A stretch of DNA of 63,366 nucleotides, the filler included, from Octopus bimaculoides (lineage: Eukaryota), in the NCBI RefSeq assembly GCF_001194135.2. It is 11 parts of 10 records of this genome, joined end to end, with 100 filler letters (N's around TTAATTAATTAA, not from the genome) between each part and the next. Parts side by side here need not be neighbours in the genome. Positions count along the whole stretch, not along the records: positions 47,811 to 62,165 come from NC_068997.1; positions 62,266 to 63,366 come from NC_068983.1; 9 more parts are not named here. The stretch is one strand, 5' to 3'. Positions 60,286-63,366 of this stretch are shown here, piece by piece. Position numbers and translations under genes: made by a program. The first letter of the stretch is position 1, and each line of letters starts with the position of its first letter. The notes below the pieces were generated by a model, which saw only the letters and a program-made list of their open reading frames with translations, was not told where the DNA came from and did no database searches.

Positions 60286-61225
60286 NNNNNNNNNNNNNNN
60301 NNNNNNNNNNNNNNNNNNNNNNNNNNNNNNNNNNNNNNNNNNNNNNNNNNNNNNNNNNNNNNNNNNNNNNNNNNNNNNNNNNNNNNNNNNNNNNNNNNNN
60401 NNNNNNNNNNNNNNNNNNNNNNNNNNNNNNNNNNNNNNNNNNNNNNNNNNNNNNNNNNNNNNNNNNNNNNNNNNNNNNNNNNNNNNNNNNNNNNNNNNNN
60501 NNNNNNNNNNNNNNNNNNNNNNNNNNNNNNNNNNNNNNNNNNNNNNNNNNNNNNNNNNNNNNNNNNNNNNNNNNNNNNNNNNNNNNNNNNNNNNNNNNNN
60601 NNNNNNNNNNNNNNNNNNNNNNNNNNNNNNNNNNNNNNNNNNNNNNNNNNNNNNNNNNNNNNNNNNNNNNNNNNNNNNNNNNNNNNNNNNNNNNNNNNNN
60701 NNNNNNNNNNNNNNNNNNNNNNNNNNNNGTGTGTGAGTGTGTGTGTGTGTGAGTGTGTATTTATGTATGTATGTATGTATACTACTTGCGATCTCCTGGT
60801 CTTGTTTATCCTTTCCCTAATGGTTTGTATATTCATCTGGAAAATATAAAAATTTCTAATTAGATGCGTAGAAAGGAGATCCGAAACTTGGATGGTGGTG
60901 GTCGTTTGCGGAATATAGCTATAATTAATTATATAGAACAGTTATTGATGAACCATGAACCAAGCATTTATTGAAAATAGCAAACAAACAAATAGAAGTA
61001 CAGAATGACAGCGTGTTATTATTCCAGTACCAAACAGAAGAAAGAAAAACAGTCACAAAAAAAAAAAAGAAATGAAACCTCGACCGAAAATCCCGTTATT
61101 AGGCAGCTCCCTCCTTACCAAAGACCTTTATTTACTGCGGCAACAATGTTTCAATTACATCACGTCAAATTTGCGAAGAAAACACATCAACAACTGCATG
61201 ATAATAATAAGATTATAATAACCAG

Positions 61226-61279
61226 ACAAATCCCCTTCATCCCCAATTGCATATGATGAATTTTTCGAGGGAGATAAGG
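61226..61279 (+). CDS. Candidate 54-bp symmetric exon (unknown gene)
   Basis: ACCAG acceptor (weak tract), AGG|GTGAGA donor; (D)KSPSSPIAYDEFFEGDK(G), phase 1/1, compatible with 53261-53340. Confidence 0.35.
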
Positions 61280-61611
61280 GTGAGATTTGGTATCCCCTCC
61301 TATCCTTCCCATAGTCTGCCTGAAACGAACACAAGAAATCTGTTGCTTTAAACCACCATTGGCCGTGTGTGTATTGTGTGTTGGCACTCCGTCGCTTACG
61401 ACGTCGAGGGTTCCAGTTGATNNNNNNNNNNNNNNNNNNNNNNNNNNNNNNNNNNNNNNNNNNNNNNNNNNNNNNNNNNNNNNNNNNNNNNNNNNNNNNN
61501 NNNNNNNNNNNNNNNNNNNNNGAATACTGTAATTATATGAAAAACATCAATAATAATGCTAATAATAATAACTATTATTATTCTCTAATTTTCGACACAA
61601 GAGAAGCAATT

Positions 61612-61775
61612 ATGAGAGGAAGGTAAATCGGTTACACCGGTCCCAGTGTTCAGCTGGCTATTTATTTTATCGACCCCGAAAGAATGAATAGCAATGTTTA
61701 ACCTCGACGGCATTTGAACTCGGAACGTTAAGCATTTATCTGGATGAGCTAACGACACTTGCCAACAGGCTGCCA
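61612..61775 (-). mobile_element. SINE family B, decayed
   Basis: TATTTTATCGACCCCGAAAGAATG...CCTCGACGGCATTTGAACTCGGAACG. Confidence 0.7.
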
Positions 61776-61828
61776 TGTTTCTTTTATAAATAGTAAATAG
61801 CACAAATATTGACATCAGCAGCAGCAAC

Positions 61829-61868
<40 letters not shown>

Positions 61869-62127
61869 TGTATATGTATCTCTCCATCTCTCTCTGTATA
61901 TATATGTATATATTCATATATAATATATACATATATGCACACACACATATAGATATATATATTTAGAGAGAGGCGGGGGGTAATGTTTACGGCCACTTCA
62001 ACATGACTGTTCTGTAGGAGCCGACGTTACTACCGTTTTGAACGCCAGGACTGATTAACATTACTTCTCCGTATAGTTACTACTTTCGTCACTTAACAGA
62101 GATTTTCTAATTAGCTATTTTGCCTGT

Positions 62128-62165
<38 letters not shown>

Positions 62166-62265
62166 NNNNNNNNNNNNNNNNNNNNNNNNNNNNNNNNNNN
62201 NNNNNNNNNTTAATTAATTAANNNNNNNNNNNNNNNNNNNNNNNNNNNNNNNNNNNNNNNNNNNN

Positions 62266-62710
62266 GACTACTGACCGAGACCTTTGGAAATGTGCTGTGC
62301 GTGAGAAGACCCGGCAAGCCAAGTGAGATCGTTGCCAGGGCCCCTGGACTGGCTCTTGTGCAGGTGGCACATAAGATGTACCATCCTGAGCGTGACCGTT
62401 GCCAGTACCACCTGACTGGACTTTGTAGGGTTTTCAGGCGAGATCGTTGCCAGTGCCCCTGGACTGGCTCTTGTGCGGGTGGCACATAAAAGACACCATT
62501 TCGAGCATGGCCGTTGTCGTGCGGGTGACACGTAAAAGCACTCACTACACTCTCTGAGTGGTTGGCGTTAGGAAGGGCATCCAGCTGTAGAAACTCTGCC
62601 AAATTAGATTGGAGCCTGGTGTTGCCATCCGGTTTCACCAGTCCTCAGTCAAATCGTCCAACCCATGCTAGCATGGAAAGCGGACGTTAAACGATGATGA
62701 TGATGATGAT
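62266..62710 (+). mobile_element. SINE/LINE-derived family E 3' part with internal ~120-bp duplication and RTE-type (GAT)n tail
   Basis: GAGATCGTTGCCAG.GCCCCTGGACTGGCTCTTGTGC repeated; ends GGTTGGCGTTAGGAAGGGCATCCAGC...GGACGTTAAACGATGATGATG. Confidence 0.7.
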
Positions 62711-63331
62711 ACACACAAACACAAAGAGATTGAGTGAAATTACATAGAGTTATATAGGTGTGAGCAACTTCCCTTAACAAATAGGTGGAATTTTGTCAAT
62801 CTCCTCCCCTTTAAAATAAGCTGCAGACAAAATACTAAGTAAATGTAACCATCCAAAATACTTTAAGGTGATGCTATAGCATGGCTATCAAAATATTATA
62901 AAAATTATGTAGTTTGCTCAGAAATATACTTATTCTTTAGTAATGAGTTTTTCATCAATAGTATTAGGTTATTTATATTCATTTACAATTTAAATTACAC
63001 TATTAAACAGCAGCTTTTGTTGCCCCAGGTGTATAATAATGTTAATTTTTATTTTATAGGTATTTAAATGTTTTATTTGTTTGCAACTAAATTATTCATA
63101 CTGAATTTAACAAATAATATCATAGGACAAGCACCAGAAGTGATTATATTTATGTAAAAAGAGAAAAAAATATCAATATTTTTGCTGTTACAAGTTTGCA
63201 TATGCACTTCAAATATTCATTGTCACCCATAATAATTTAAACTTCGCAACATTACTGTTCAGTTTTAGCTCTTATGCACAATATTTCACCAGTATTAAAA
63301 ATTGCCCCATATCATATATCATCATCATCAT

Positions 63332-63366
<35 letters not shown>

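Noticed and set aside
62625-62650. CTGAGGA-CTGGT-GAAAC on the minus strand of family E
   Set aside because: Stem II cannot form and there is no stem I/NUH; wrong strand relative to the element
1-63366. CRISPR arrays, rRNA genes and conserved bilaterian miRNAs
   Set aside because: No regularly spaced repeat-spacer array, rRNA-length match or recognised mature miRNA seen by eye; lineage-specific miRNAs cannot be excluded

Overview
This is a repeat-dominated, AT-rich metazoan window with many assembly gaps. The SINE families and extreme microsatellite density point to a coleoid cephalopod, probably Octopus (inference). I recognise no complete host gene, only a few splice-signal-bounded candidate exons on the + strand. 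Decayed mobile elements present: a Penelope-like element (PLE) with a 443-codon open RT frame (40587-41916), CR1, RTE with a 5' inversion, two R4/Dong fragments, Tx1/L1, a DD36E Tc1 transposase, a mariner HTH remnant, a solo LTR, TIR MITEs, a 400-bp foldback and about five SINE families. The most interesting signal is a set of type I hammerhead ribozyme (HHR) cores read directly from the sequence. One sits in the pseudo-LTR just upstream of the PLE RT (40363-40428). One lies inside a tRNA-headed, Pol III-type SINE (13512-13557, minus). One is stand-alone (47218-47262), and two more are degenerate (654-689 and 3894-3907). Together they suggest an autonomous PLE plus several non-autonomous ribozyme-bearing (retrozyme-like) families, including a tRNA-SINE/hammerhead chimera. 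A second theme is microsatellite-associated insertion: Dong at (TAA)n, and Tx1 and the solo LTR at (TATC/GATA)n. SINE and LINE boundaries are approximate, and all homology calls are from recognised motifs, not database searches.
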